In this document: piece by piece, positions 37,501 through 49,952 of the stretch | Numbering within the stretch: position 1 is the first letter of the stretch | Layout: every line of letters begins with the position of its first letter | DNA from: Callorhinchus milii | Lineage: Eukaryota | Length of the DNA stretch: 64,000 nucleotides | Direction: 5' to 3' | NCBI RefSeq assembly: GCF_018977255.1 | Contig: NW_024704743.1 | Coordinates: 44,394,001-44,458,000 of the forward strand | The notes under the pieces: model-generated | Database searches by the model: none | Told to the model about the DNA's origin: nothing | What the model saw: only the letters and a program-made list of their open reading frames with translations | Translations under genes and position numbers: made by a program

Positions 37501-40500
37501 GCCTTTCATGTCAGGAGGACATTCCAAAGCGCTTCACAGGATATATTGTGAAGTGCAGTGACTGTGTTTTATGGACAAATAATGCATACCTACACGTCTC
37601 TCCAAGTGGTGGTCATAATTTTCAAAATGTTGCCCGATCATAAAGCCTGAAGTTTCACCTAGACTTATCCTTTAAAATCATTTTGCCTTAAAATTGTACG
37701 CTGAACAGAATTGAAATGAATTGCTTGGCTTCCAGATGAAGGCTGAATTCAAGAATTTTCCACAATTCTAAACAATTTTAAATCTTAAGATAAGAATAAT
37801 CTTAAAAGCTAATACTTGGTGGAATTTTGGGCCATTACAGTTTTCAGTCAATAGTCTTAAGTGTACCACCAAGTGACATTAAGGTCTAAGTATTACTTGG
37901 TGTTGCAAAGGTATGTTCATACACCTTTACAATAACAATTTACATTAATATAGCACCTTTCACTCTGACCAACATCTCAAAGCAATTTACAATACCCAAC
38001 CAGTGGAAGAAGAGGTATTGCTGAATAGAATAAAATGTAGCTCACAACTTACCAACCCTAAATCCAACATGAAATTCTTACATTCAATAGGCTGAGATGG
38101 ACAAAATGAATGATCAAAAACAAAGTTGAACACACAGTAAGGTAACTGAAATAACTTTGGCAGTACTGACTGAAATGTTTTTCGTGATGGCTATTGCAGT
38201 GCTCAAATTTATGAGCTGCTGATATAAGGCATCCATGAATCATTCACCTTTGCACGTTGACTAGCGTGCAGCAACATGAGGCAAGGAGCAGCTTCAATCT
38301 AACACTCCACTGAGCACAACACTATTAGATAACGATGAGTGGAGATCAGCCACTTCCCCAGAGGACAGGAGCTGGAGGAAGTTTCATCCTTGGGTTGCTC
38401 TTGGATACTGCTTACTTACCAACTGGGCACTAGTGTATTTATGGCAGAGACTTAGGTAAAGTTCACTTACCCACTCTCACATTTACAGGAGATGTGTAGC
38501 CTAGAGAGGAACAATAGGATAATTATTCATACAGCAACAGACCAATATATATTTGGAGATGTTATTGCATGTAGAGTGACTCTGTTATCCATTTCAAGTT
38601 AATCTACAAGTGTCTAATATCTCAATTTCATAAAATATATATCTCGAGAGCAAATTTTAAAGATATCAGTTGGAAGATACAAGGGGTGTCTATCCTAATT
38701 GTTGATTTGTATCCATGCATGGAGGTTGTGGTGCGCATTAACCTTTACTGGGACACTTCAAGACTACACGGAAAAGCAGCAAAGAACTTTCTGGTTGTTC
38801 TTGTCTTTCTTCACCAACAGCCAGGACCAAAAATAGGTTCAGATAATGGTGTGTAAAACATATGTCCAAAAAGGTTCTTCTTCATGGATTTCAGCAGCTG
38901 GGCATGCAGCAGATGGGTCTACTTCTGCACATTGGTGACATTCAGGCTCAATCAGTGAGTTGGAATTGTAAAAATTGAAATAGCTTCAATGAAGGTAAAC
39001 TACACTTACCTTTTACTCAGCACCCTGGAGACAGACTCGACGTGTCTCTTTACTAGAGCCCCTCACACAAGAAGCTGGAATAAGCAATTGGTGATGAGTA
39101 AACCTAGCATATGGCATTGGACTTGGGAAAAATGGCCAAAAGAGCAGAAGGAAGGTCTTAAGGTGGACCTTGAAGGAAGCGAGAGAGGAGGCAAGGCAGA
39201 AGGACTGTGGGATAGAGTTCCAGAGAGTGGGGGCAGATACACTGAAAGTCTGACTGACGATGATGGAGAGGGTGGGGAACACCGCACATGACAGTGAAGA
39301 GGCGGGAAGGAAAGCCGTTGGAAGAATAAATTTCCATTGAAAATGGACACATAGGGATAGGTAAGAATGAAATAAGAAGAGAACAGAACTATAAAGGTGA
39401 AACTAAGAGGAGAGATGGTGGAGATGATTAGCGTGACCAGTGACAGCATTGGAGGCAGCAGAGAGATCAAGACGAACAAGGAGGTAAATGCAATTGGAGA
39501 CTTTCACCAGGCCAGCCTCAGTACTGTGGACAGAAACCGGATTGAAGGTGCTTGTATAGGGAGTGCCAGGAAAGGAAAGAGCGAATAATAATATATACTA
39601 ATAATAATCCTTGCCTTTGCTATAGCGCCTTATCACGTTGTTGAGATGTCTCAAAGCACTAGACAGAATATATTGTAAAGTGAATTGACTGTATACTTTT
39701 TGGGTGAAACGAAGGTGGGAAGCAATGACTTGTTCCAGTACCTTTGGCAGGAAAGACAGGTTGCAGGTGGAATGGTAGTCAGGGAACAAGAATGAGTCCA
39801 GGGATATTTTTTTAAGAAGTGGGGGAACCTGCTCTCCACTTAGTGAAGGCTTGTGTCAAATGTTTGATTATCAACTAATGACTATCCTCCTTGGGAAGGA
39901 ACTTAGCAGCTCTTTTGGGCTGAGCTGGCTCCATGGTAACTTGCCTGGCAATGGAATATTGGAATTGAATCAATCCTCTCTGGTGGTCTCCATAGACCAG
40001 TTCCAAAGCCAGATAGGTTTTTTTATCCAGTGGGCTTTCAGGAGACTTCCCCTCTTGTTTATTCTTTCCTCACTTGTTTTGCTCCCTCCCTCATCTCGTT
40101 CAAAGTCCATCTCAAGATCTACCTCTTTAACCAAACTTTTGGTTATCTTTCCTCAGCTCACTCCCTCATCTCAAACCCCCAGCTTTGGTGCCTAGTCAGG
40201 ATTGTTAAGCAACTTGGTACGACCTCCCGACCTGAAAGGCACTTTATCAATGTTAAGTTGTTGTTGTTGTGGGTTATTTTGAGTTGAATTACTCTTTAAG
40301 AGTTGGAATCTCTGTATTTTTGATGACAATCGATACTTTAGTATTTTCAAAGGGCTATTTTAGCACTGGACATTGAAGCATATTGATGATTTGAGGAGTT
40401 GTTTTTCAGACACTAAGATGTATCTTTATTTTCATGAACATCTTCATCAGAATATCTAATTGTCTTTGACTGCAGTGTGACTTGCTGGGTAAATTTATTG

Positions 40501-42269
40501 GATTTATTTACTGCCAGCAACATTGATTGACAAAGGTCAATTGGCTCATTCCCAGATAGCAAGTTAGTAAATTACATACAATTTCAGCTGGTTTACCTTT
40601 GTATGTCTTAAATTATCTCAGCGGTAATGACCACAAAACATTGCAGAAATACACTTCCTATGAGTCATTGGTAAATTTTAGTTTGTGTTTCATTTGTTGT
40701 TGTTGTTATTTACCATCAAAAGTCTGCTTGTTCTTCAGGTGAATGTTAAAGATGCCATCACACTATTCAAAAAGAAGCGGTTTCTCCTTGTGTCCTGGCC
40801 AACAATCTTCCAGGTGAATTATTCATTCACCTCATGCCTGTTTGTGTGTGCAAATGGTAGATGCATTTGCCTACAAAATCAGCTGCTACATTTGAGAGTA
40901 AATATTTATGAAGCCCATTGAGACATTTTGAAGCAATAAGGCACTGTAAAATTGCAAGCTCTTTAAAACTGTCTTACTGTGAAATAGACTCTCCTTGTGT
41001 TATTATACTATTCATTCATTCTTTATCCTTGTTTCTGTTCAAAACTAAATAGTATTGCTTCATGTAGAACAAATAATGGAAAGTATTCAGTCGAAATAAA
41101 CAACACGAATCAAAAGCTTTACAGCTCTCAAGCAGTACGACTATAAACCAAAAAGTCAAACACTTTTTTTTAAAGTATTGCTGTTTCATCTGAGCACAGA
41201 CAACTATAAACATCATTAAAGGAATAATTAATAATAATAATCTTTACATTGATATAGCGCCTTTCCTATCAGGAGGATGTCTGAGAGAGTTTCACAGGAT
41301 ATAGTGCTAAGTGCAATGACTACTTTGCAGAGAATGTGACAATTTGAATGGGACAATCCAAACGACAGCACCTTTAAACAAAGCAATGCAGCACACCCCC
41401 AGCACTACATTGGAGTGTCAGCCGAGACTATATAATTACTTAGCATTAAAAAAGCAAAGCATCATGTTCTAAATGACTGCAAGAGCCACTAATTATGCCA
41501 TAACGCATTCACTTCACTTCTTGGCAGAGGCTAGTATTCCAATCAGATTACAACATATTGAATGAGTTTTGACAGTTTTCAGCCAGTTACTGAGCTTGTG
41601 GCATTTCACCCAGAGAATAAAATCTGGCATAAGATTGGCTCGCTCACATATAAAAAGTTTTTCTCGTGTCTGGAGAACAAGCGATTCATGAACACTCAAG
41701 AGTACTTTTTTCTCTTTAATAAACAAGACATTAAAAAATAAGTAAAGATTTTGTGGTAAAATTGGATAATGTGAAAAAAATCATAATCCCATGAACCGCT
41801 TTGAGACGTTTCAATGATGTGATAAGGCGTTCTATCAAAATGCAAGGATTATTATTAGTATTATTATAAATAACAGTCTGGAGTCTCTTGTGTGCTATGT
41901 TTTCTGCATGACAGTTTAGTATGAAGGCAGAGAAGCAAAAACATGACCACACCTACTTTTATCTAAATCCCCATTGATACTACAGCTGTGAATCAACAGT
42001 TAATTACAGTAAGTAGGCGTAATGTAAGCTGTGTGGAACTATTTGTTTCTCAATCCCAGATCTTAAATCAAGGGATTTGCATCAGACTAGCCCAATGCAA
42101 ATTTCCTGCCACATTCTGTGGAGAGATCAAAACATGCTGAATTTAACAGGTGGATGAAACTAGTCACTGCATGAAGTAAATTAAAGCAGAAAACACCGTA
42201 AAAACCAAGTGAACATTATTGAATTTGGATCACAGTTCAAAATGTAGTTTAGGGGAGTCAGTAAGTAGA

Positions 42270-42555
42270 GGACATAGAAATAGATAGTCACAAGAAGAGC
42301 GAGAGGAGAGCTCAGGAGAATTTGTTTCACCAGAAAGTTGTTGGGATGCCCTGCCAAGTAAGGTGGTAGAAGGAGAGTCAATTGTGGGTTTCAAGAGGGA
42401 AGTAAACAAGTACATGAAAGATAAAGCCTTGAAGGCGTATCAGGGTAGGACAGGGGAGTGGGTTTGAATGGACAGCTTGCTCTGAGAGCCAGTGCAGACA
42501 CAATGAACCAACTACCCTCTTTCTGGGCAGTAAATGTCTCTGATTTTAAGTGTAG
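42270..42555 (+). mobile_element. CR1 LINE 3' end
   Basis: AGGAGAATTTGTTTCACCAGAAAGTTGTTGG...GGTGGTAGAAG...TTTCAAGAGGGAAGTA parallels 18735-18835 and is followed by a CR1-type 3' UTR. Confidence 0.75.
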
Positions 42556-45109
42556 AATGTAAAATGCAAATGTAGCTTCAATAGCCACTCATTTTCCAAT
42601 GTTTTTTTAAAAAAATTGTAATGGTTCACAATAGCCTGTTCCTGTCCTGGACACATCTATGTTCTAAATAACTGTGTATTCATAGGGTGGAGACATAATT
42701 CTCAAATCTGTCACTACTCATGTCTGAAAAGGTTCATAAATTCATTATCTGTATGAACACCAATGTTCATTTATATTTGTACAAGAATACTTTTCTTTTC
42801 ATCAACAAGAATTTTTTTTAAAAAGCTGAATATTTGCGGTTTAAAAACAAATTAACAAAGAGTTGTTCCTCTCATCCTATCAGCTAATTTTGACACTGCT
42901 GACTGCTCCATCTCTCTCACTCAATGATCCCACCTCGAAGTACTATCCTCTTGTGGTCTCATTACTACCTGTGGCATCAGCATCTCCTTGAATGCTTTCT
43001 CCACTTGTGACCATCCTCTGGTGCTCTCAAGGGATCTATTCTTGGCCTCTTATCATTCGCTACAACAATTATTGTCCATGTGTTTATTGACCAACGTGAA
43101 AGGCGTTTTATAAATGTAATTTTGTTGTTGTTGTTGATAACACGCAGCTCCATCTCTTCAGTAAACTCCATGATTCTGGGATTATTTTTATTCTGCCTGA
43201 CTCCCTGTCCTGGACCAGCCATAATTTTCTGCAGCTCAACATTGAAGTTTCATTTGCAATATTCACAAATCAGATTTGATGCTCTAATTGCAACTTCCAG
43301 TTTTAAATTTCAAAATTGTTGAACTTGTGGTATTCATCAAGTGACCAACATTTAATCCTGAAATCCAGCAAAGCCTGTACAAAGGCCAGAGAGCAAATTC
43401 CTTGAGAATTTAGTACCCGGGTCCAAGGTTTGAAGTGCATTGGAAGAAAGAATAGACATACATGGGTGGACATATATTGGTGGAGTGTGAAACTGCAAAA
43501 TAAATTACACAGAAGATTACAACATGAACACCTGCCCTCCATAGCAATTGACAATTTCATGGAGATAAAAGTCTGCAAAGGAAAGAAACGGATAAGATGG
43601 AAAGAGAAAAAATAATTAAATAAGCATGTCAATTGTGGCAGATTCATAACCTTAAACAAATCTTGCTGTGGAATCAATCAGGGAAGGGCCTTTCCCTGTT
43701 AAATATATTCCATATTCTCCCCTTCTCTTGCTGTGTCACAGTACAGAGGATGTGCAAAGGAGAATACCTTAGGTGTTTTTCTATTCAGTTTTCTTCCGTC
43801 CCTGTGGAAAAGCAGTGGCTTCTTGGCCTCTTTCTAATGTCTCCCCTGACACTGCAGTTAAGATCAGGAACTTGTGTGTGAATTTGTTTCAGAAGCTCAC
43901 TTTCTACCCGTCACATGGCAAAATGCGGTCATTCAGTTCTTTGAAATTGTGCAGCTACTGTTTAGGAACAAATTCTAGCTTTGTTCTGATTTATGGGTGG
44001 AACAAGGCACAGCATTATGGATTGGAAAAACTGTTTATGCCTGTGATCTCCCCCACATTGTAAAAATGCCATTTTCAATTGTTCCACTCTGGGGACATAC
44101 CAAATGTAAACTCACTTCAGTAAAAGATTACCTTATTTTCCAAGGTATAGGTTAAGTACTTCCACAAATATCTGTAATGGTATCACACTACTCATGACAA
44201 AACAGACATAGATTGAAGCTGTCCAGACCGATGCTAATGTTAGGATAGGCTTTGAACTCATCTGATACAGAACAGTTTCAATGCACAGAAGCCTTATTCT
44301 GGTTTTGAACAAATTGCTACATTTACCACGAGGAAGGGATTAGAGAACAGAATGTAACAGGAATGTACCCTAATCAACAAACATGCTACTTTATTGGTAA
44401 TTTTGCTTTATTTTTGTCTGTTTTACATTTCATGACTTAAAATGACTTAAAATTTTATTGACTTAAAGAGCAGTTAACTCCAAAGGTAAGTAAGATTTTT
44501 GAGAAATATCTCCGAACCCTCTTAAACGTGGATTTATGATAATTCTGAGTAAAGTGGGCAGACTGGATTGTGTTAAAGCAAGGACTCACCTACAACAACA
44601 ACAAAATTACATTTACAGAGCACCTTTCACGTCGGGAGGACGTCCCAAAGCGCTGAACACCTAGTCCTGTGTTTAGTCTCTCTGTGGACTAATTATGTGG
44701 CATGTCTCTTGTATTTGTTACTCAGTGAAAAGAGACAGCCAGCTCACCATAGATCTCCAAAATAACAACAATCTTGAAAATAAAACTGGTCATTCACTTC
44801 ATGGCTGTTTGTGGGACATTGCTGTGCACAAATTGGCTGTTACCTACAAGGTACACAGTCACTACACTCCTGTGAAACACATTGAGACGTCCTCCCGATG
44901 TGAAAGGCGGGTTTTATGTCAAATGCAAGAAATTTATATGTAATACAGTAGAGAAATGTACAGTATTTCAAGAGTTCCAAACGCTCTCTCGTTTGACTCC
45001 AGCATTTCAGCAAGTGAATGTAAAGGTCCTCTTGAACTTTCAATAGTAACTAAAAATAAACATATTTCAATGGTAACTATAAATAAAATCTTCAAAATAA
45101 AACATGAAT

Positions 45110-45484
45110 GGAGCTGTAGGGAGTCAGCACAAAGGTCTTTCATCCTTTACACTTAGCTTTGAATTGAGTCGATACTGATGGGAGTCTCCAGGCCATAAGC
45201 AATCTCAACTTGCTTTATTAATGAATGTTGACTACAGGTACAAAAATCACCTAATTTGGTATTAAATTGGCAAACTGACTCAAAGAAGTTAAAAGGATGA
45301 CTAGTGGAAGAAATTTGTTACACTTGTGCAGCCAATGTTGGGGCAATGCCACATGTTGTGGAAGCTTAGAGCGATCTACCAGGCTACATTTGACACGCAA
45401 GTCCTGAATGCTGACTCATACCACCTCAAACAGGTTTTGTTCAGCTAACATCCCTTACCCTGAGAAGTACAAACATTCAATAAA
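45110..45484 (+). mobile_element. Degenerate LF-SINE-like element
   Basis: Ordered motifs GGAGCTG.., TCTTTCATCCT, ACAAAAATCACC-TAATTTGGTATTAAATTGGCA, ATGTTGGGGCA..TGTGGAAGCTT and GAGAAGTACAAACATTCA resemble the recalled LF-SINE consensus. Confidence 0.5.
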
Positions 45485-47020
45485 GATATACTTTTAGATA
45501 CAATATAAAATAAAAGAGAGATGCTCAATAATAATAACCCTTGCATTTGATATAGCGCCTTACTACATCATTGAGATGCCCGAAAGCGCTTCACAGGATT
45601 TATTGCAAAGTGGAATTGACTGTATTTTGTGGGCGAATGCGGCAGCCAGTTTGTACACAGCGGGATCTCACAAACAGCCGATGGTAAGTATTTATTAGCG
45701 ATGGTACATAGCCATAGAGTCAAAGAACGGTTTTGTACATTAAGCTCAGAGCTCTAGGTTTACTGAGATGTCCTAAAACAACAAAATCAACCCAGAATAT
45801 TCAGTTTGGACCACTGATGTTTCTTCATGCAAGTTTTACCAAGGAAGTCTGTAAAGCAATTGAATTTTATTGGGGGTTAAATACCTACCCACAAAAACAC
45901 CTAAACACGGGAGAAAATGTTTACTAGGTCTGTCCAACTATAGTTCACGTGTCACCAAACCATACATCCAGCTGTTCAGTAAACGGTATGTAAGGAATCC
46001 AATTTGGTCAATCTCCTTCGACCACACCGACCCAGCCATTCCCTTCGCTTAGTGAGCAATGGCCTGCTAGTTGTCCCCCACTTATCTGCCCTACCATCGG
46101 TGGGTGGGCTTTCAGCCATTCTGCCCCCACCTTCTGGAACTCCATCTTAAGAGTCCCTCCAACTCCCTTCCTCTTTCAAGACATATCTCAAAATCTACCA
46201 ACTTCAGAACTTCTTGTAGAGCAACTCACTCCCCTGACTTTCTTTTCAAGATCATAGATAAAAAGTGAATTATGAGTGAATTCTGAATTTTGTAGTGCAG
46301 TACTTCATCTAACACATTAAAACTACAGGGCACTTCTCAAAACGAATGAACCTTGCCTCTAGCACATGACCTTTTTTTTCTAATCCGCAAAACTCATTGT
46401 ATCACCAGTCTCTTACACCAGCCTGGTGCAAATATAATATCTTACTTTGGAATCCAGGCAACCAATGAAGTCCCAACAAGGCGAGCATTTATTTTAAGAG
46501 ATGATCAGAGCAACAAACTATTGTAAATCAAAATCTGTGGGTTTAGTGTGTTAAGTGAAATCCTGCACTCCAAATTATAGACTTATCACACTCCTCTAAT
46601 GTCCACTTGTTTCACATCTGGAAGTGTTCACGTCACCAATCTCCTTGGCAGGTTAATCTATTTATACTATTTGCATTCAATCCATTGCATTGTTTGTAGT
46701 ATTGTCTAACAAACTCAGCACTTCCTTGAGTTACCTATAACATCTCCAAAAATCCGTGTCTCCTACAACTGATGTACAGTACTTTGATCTAAGACACCCA
46801 AGTTATCACAAACCGAGGTATACCACGCAGCTGAATTGTACAGTGGGGAGAGGTCCCACCGCCCAACTTTGCTCGGTAAAACCTGTTGAAAAGAGACGGT
46901 CAGGGTGTACTTTATTTAATCCCCTGATCAAGGAAAAATATGCATTCTCAGTAGGGAGTGAGCGGGAGGTGGGCTGATGATGAGTGACTTGGAATGCAAT
47001 GAAGTCGGTCGGTGGGCTGC

Positions 47021-47053
<33 letters not shown>

Positions 47054-47169
47054 CCTTGCATTTGATACAGCAAGGCACTGGGTTCGCCTGGCAGCCACTG
47101 GAGCTGGTTAAAGCCCCACAGCAACCCACAGTCTCCCTTATCCCTGTGGTTTGCTGTACTTCCGCTCTT

Positions 47170-47363
47170 GTCTCTGTCTCTGCTGAGCGAGACACGCTTC
47201 CGAGGCGCAGACACACGCCCACCCCCGTCCAGCCCCCGACCCCCAGCCCCCAGCCCCCAGCCCAGCAGCACCGAGAGGGTGAAAAGCAACCCAGCGACAA
47301 GGTAAATACAGGCAAAGGGGGCTTTTTAAATGCAGATCAGCAGCCGTCAGGTTGTTCTCTCCC

Positions 47364-47397
<34 letters not shown>

Positions 47398-47890
47398 ACT
47401 GACTATGCACCACTTTTGTTCTTACTGTGAAATAATGCAAAGTGTCCACAGTGCAAACTGCGAGGTTTTATTATTGTTGCGAGATTTGTTACTGTCTCTC
47501 TTTCTTTCTCTCTCTCTCTCTCTCTCTCTCGTCCACCACGAGAGGAGGAGAGGAGAGGAGGAGGAGGAGGAGGAGGCAACAGCAGCTCCGGCTCCAGGTC
47601 CTGCTGACGGCGCTGGGAGCTGGGGAGGGGGGGAGGGAGGGGGAGAGGGAGAGGGGGAGTGACGAGATCTCTATCTCCCTGTGAGGGAGTGAGTGAGGGA
47701 GTGAGTGTCAGTCAGTCAGTGTCTCGGCGCTGTGAGGGTTACACTCCCATCAGATGGGACTCACTCTTCACTGACATTGAACCTCTCACTCACTCTCTCT
47801 CTCTCTCTCTCCGCACTCTGTCTGTCTGTGTCTGTGCTCAGGTACAGATCCCCAGCCTTTGTTTTTAATATATATATATAAAATCTATAA

Positions 47891-47927
<37 letters not shown>

Positions 47928-48151
47928 CACATAAACTCTACCCGATTTGTTGGTCAGGAAGCAAAACAGCAGATCTTGGGATTTATGTTTGTGGTGTGAG
48001 GGAGGGGGAGGGGGAGGGGGGCAGTGTGGGGGTGTGGGGGGGGTCACTATTGATTGTTTTGTGTTGGTGTGTAGTGAGGGAGAGGGAGAGAGAGGGCAGT
48101 GCACAGACAGAGAGAGTTGCCGGAGTGTGAGAGCGAGTGCAGGCGGTGGAG
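47170..48151 (+). promoter_or_regulatory. CpG-rich putative promoter / 5' UTR region of UBE2E1
   Basis: GC and CpG content rise sharply relative to the flanks, with (CA)n, (CT)n, (GAG)n and G/C tracts and no retroposon insertions. Candidate donors are AAG|GTAAAT (47302) and GTGAGT (47701); a candidate acceptor is ...gtgtgtAG (48074). The exact TSS cannot be determined. Confidence 0.6.
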
Positions 48152-48540
48152 ATGTCGGATGACGACTCGAGGGCCAGCACCAGCTCCTCGTCTTCTTCTT
48201 CCTCCTCCTCCTCCTCCTCCTCCTCTTCTTCTTCTTCTTCAAGTTCCTTGCAAGCGGTGGGGAAGCAGAGCAGCGCCGCCGCCGCCATCACCACCCCCAC
48301 CGCCCACCCCCACACCAACAGCCACCACCACCACCACCACCACCAGCAGCAGCAGCACAACAACAACAACAACAGCGGCGGCGGCGGCATCGCCGGCGGC
48401 ACCATCACTGCTACGGGCGGCGGCAGCGACAGCAACAACAGCAACAACAGCGGCGGCGGCGGCGGCGGCAACAAGAGGAAAAGAGAAGCCAAGAGCACCA
48501 TGAGCAAGAACCCCAAACTGCTCACCACCAGCGCCAAGAG
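48152..48540 (+). CDS. UBE2E1: Ubiquitin-conjugating enzyme E2 E1, first coding exon (expanded low-complexity N-terminal extension)
   Basis: Starts MSDDDSRASTSSSS and ends KSTMSKNPKLLTTSAK-R, matching the recalled vertebrate UBE2E1 (MSDDDSRASTSSSS...MSKNSKLLSTSAKR). It ends in phase 2 at AAGAG|GTGAGA, a canonical donor at 48541. Confidence 0.95.
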
Positions 48541-48594
48541 GTGAGAGGGGGAGACTCCGAGCAACACTCCTCACACAGCTGATGTCCCTGTGTC

Positions 48595-49180
48595 TCCCCT
48601 CTCTCTCTCTCTCTCTCTCTATCCCCTCTCTCTCTTTCTCTCTCTCTCCTCCTGTCCCTCTCTCTCTCTCTCTCTATCCCCTCTCTCTCTCTCTCTCCCC
48701 TCCCTCCCTCCCTCCATTCCCTCTCTCTCTCTCTCTCTCTCTCCTCCTGTCCCTCTCTCTCTCTCTCTATCCCCTCTCTCCTCCTGTCCCTCTCTCTCTC
48801 TCTCTATCCCCTCACTCTCTCTCTCTCCCTCCCTCCCTCCCTCCATTCCCTCTCTCTCTCTCTCTCTCCTCCTGTCCCTCTCTCTATCTCTATCCCCTCT
48901 CTCTCTCCATCCCCCCTCTCTCTTTCTCTCCCTCCCTCCATCCCCCCTCTCCCTGTCCCCCCCCTCTCTCTCTCTCTCCCTCCATCCCCCCTCTCCCTGT
49001 CCCCCCCTCTCTCTCTCTCCCTCCCTCCATCCCCCCTCTCCCTGTCCCCCCCTCTCTCTCTCTCTCCCTCCCTCCATCACACCCCCTCTCCCTGTCCCCC
49101 CCTCTCTCTCTCTCTCCTCCCTCCATCCCCCCTCTCCCTGTCCCCCCCCCCCCCCCTCTCTCTCTCTCTCTCTGCCCCTG
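48595..49180. repeat. Pyrimidine-rich (CT)n-based compound tandem repeat in the UBE2E1 intron
   Basis: About 590 bp, almost entirely C/T on +, with recurring subunits CTCCTGTCCC, CTATCCCCT and CCCTCCATCCCCC. Confidence 0.95.
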
Positions 49181-49720
49181 TGTCCGAGTTTGTTTAATGG
49201 CCAACAGAGAGGAGAGAGAGAGAGGAGAGAGAGAGACAGAGCTCACGGCTCATTTGCATATTAGCTAAAATGGCTTTACCCCCCACACCCCCCACCCCCA
49301 CCGCCAGCCCAGGGCTGTCGGCCCCGCTCTGTGGGGGCTCGGGCTGTGGTTTGGGGGGTGGGGGGGGTTGTGTGTGTGTGTGTGTGTGGGGGGGGAGTGG
49401 GGATGGGACTGTGTGTGTGTGTGTGAGAGCTGCTGGAGCAGAGCAGTGAGGAGGGCGGCCATGTTTTTCCTCTCAGCCAGAGGTCAGACTGCTCTGCTTT
49501 CAAATGTGTGTCTGTATAAATATATATGTGTATATATATATATATATGTGTAAATTTATGTATATATATATATTTTTGACTTTCATTTAAAGTAACTCGA
49601 GCTTTTAAATCGCCAGAGATTGTGTCAGGATGCTGCTCTCTGACTTCACACACACTCTCTCTCTCTCTCACTATATATATTATATATATATTATATATTA
49701 TGTATGTATGTATTTGACAG

Positions 49721-49771
49721 GATCCAGAAGGAGTTGGCTGATATCACGTTGGATCCGCCGCCGAACTGCAG
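49721..49771 (+). CDS. UBE2E1: UBE2E1 second coding exon (51 nt; (R)[16 protein letters not shown](S))
   Basis: Acceptor tttgacAG|G at 49720/49721 and donor AG|GTTTGT at 49772. Splicing to the previous exon gives [21 protein letters not shown], the start of the UBC core. ADITLD fits E1, whereas AEITLD is recalled for E2/E3. Confidence 0.96.
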
Positions 49772-49952
49772 GTTTGTTGATTTTTTTTTCGAAAAAACAA
49801 CAAAACGAGAGAGAAATAATCAATAAAATGGAATTGTTTGGTTTAAGAGCACCCCTTAAAGGCAAAGGGTGAGCTCCTGGGGGCGGCGGTTTGGCCGACG
49901 GGGGGAAAAAAACACCCCAACCCACCGCCGCACTGTTGGGAGCAATGCAAAA

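Noticed and set aside
1..47000. 3' exons of a neighbouring gene such as UBE2E2
   Set aside because: No UBC-like or other recognisable host peptide was seen. Short exons could have been missed.
47865..48574. Minus-strand and alternative-frame ORFs with poly-E/K/R/W/P
   Set aside because: These are shadow frames of the trinucleotide-rich UBE2E1 exon.
48582..49268. 224-228 aa Leu/Ser/Pro ORFs
   Set aside because: They arise from a stop-free (CT)-rich intronic repeat.
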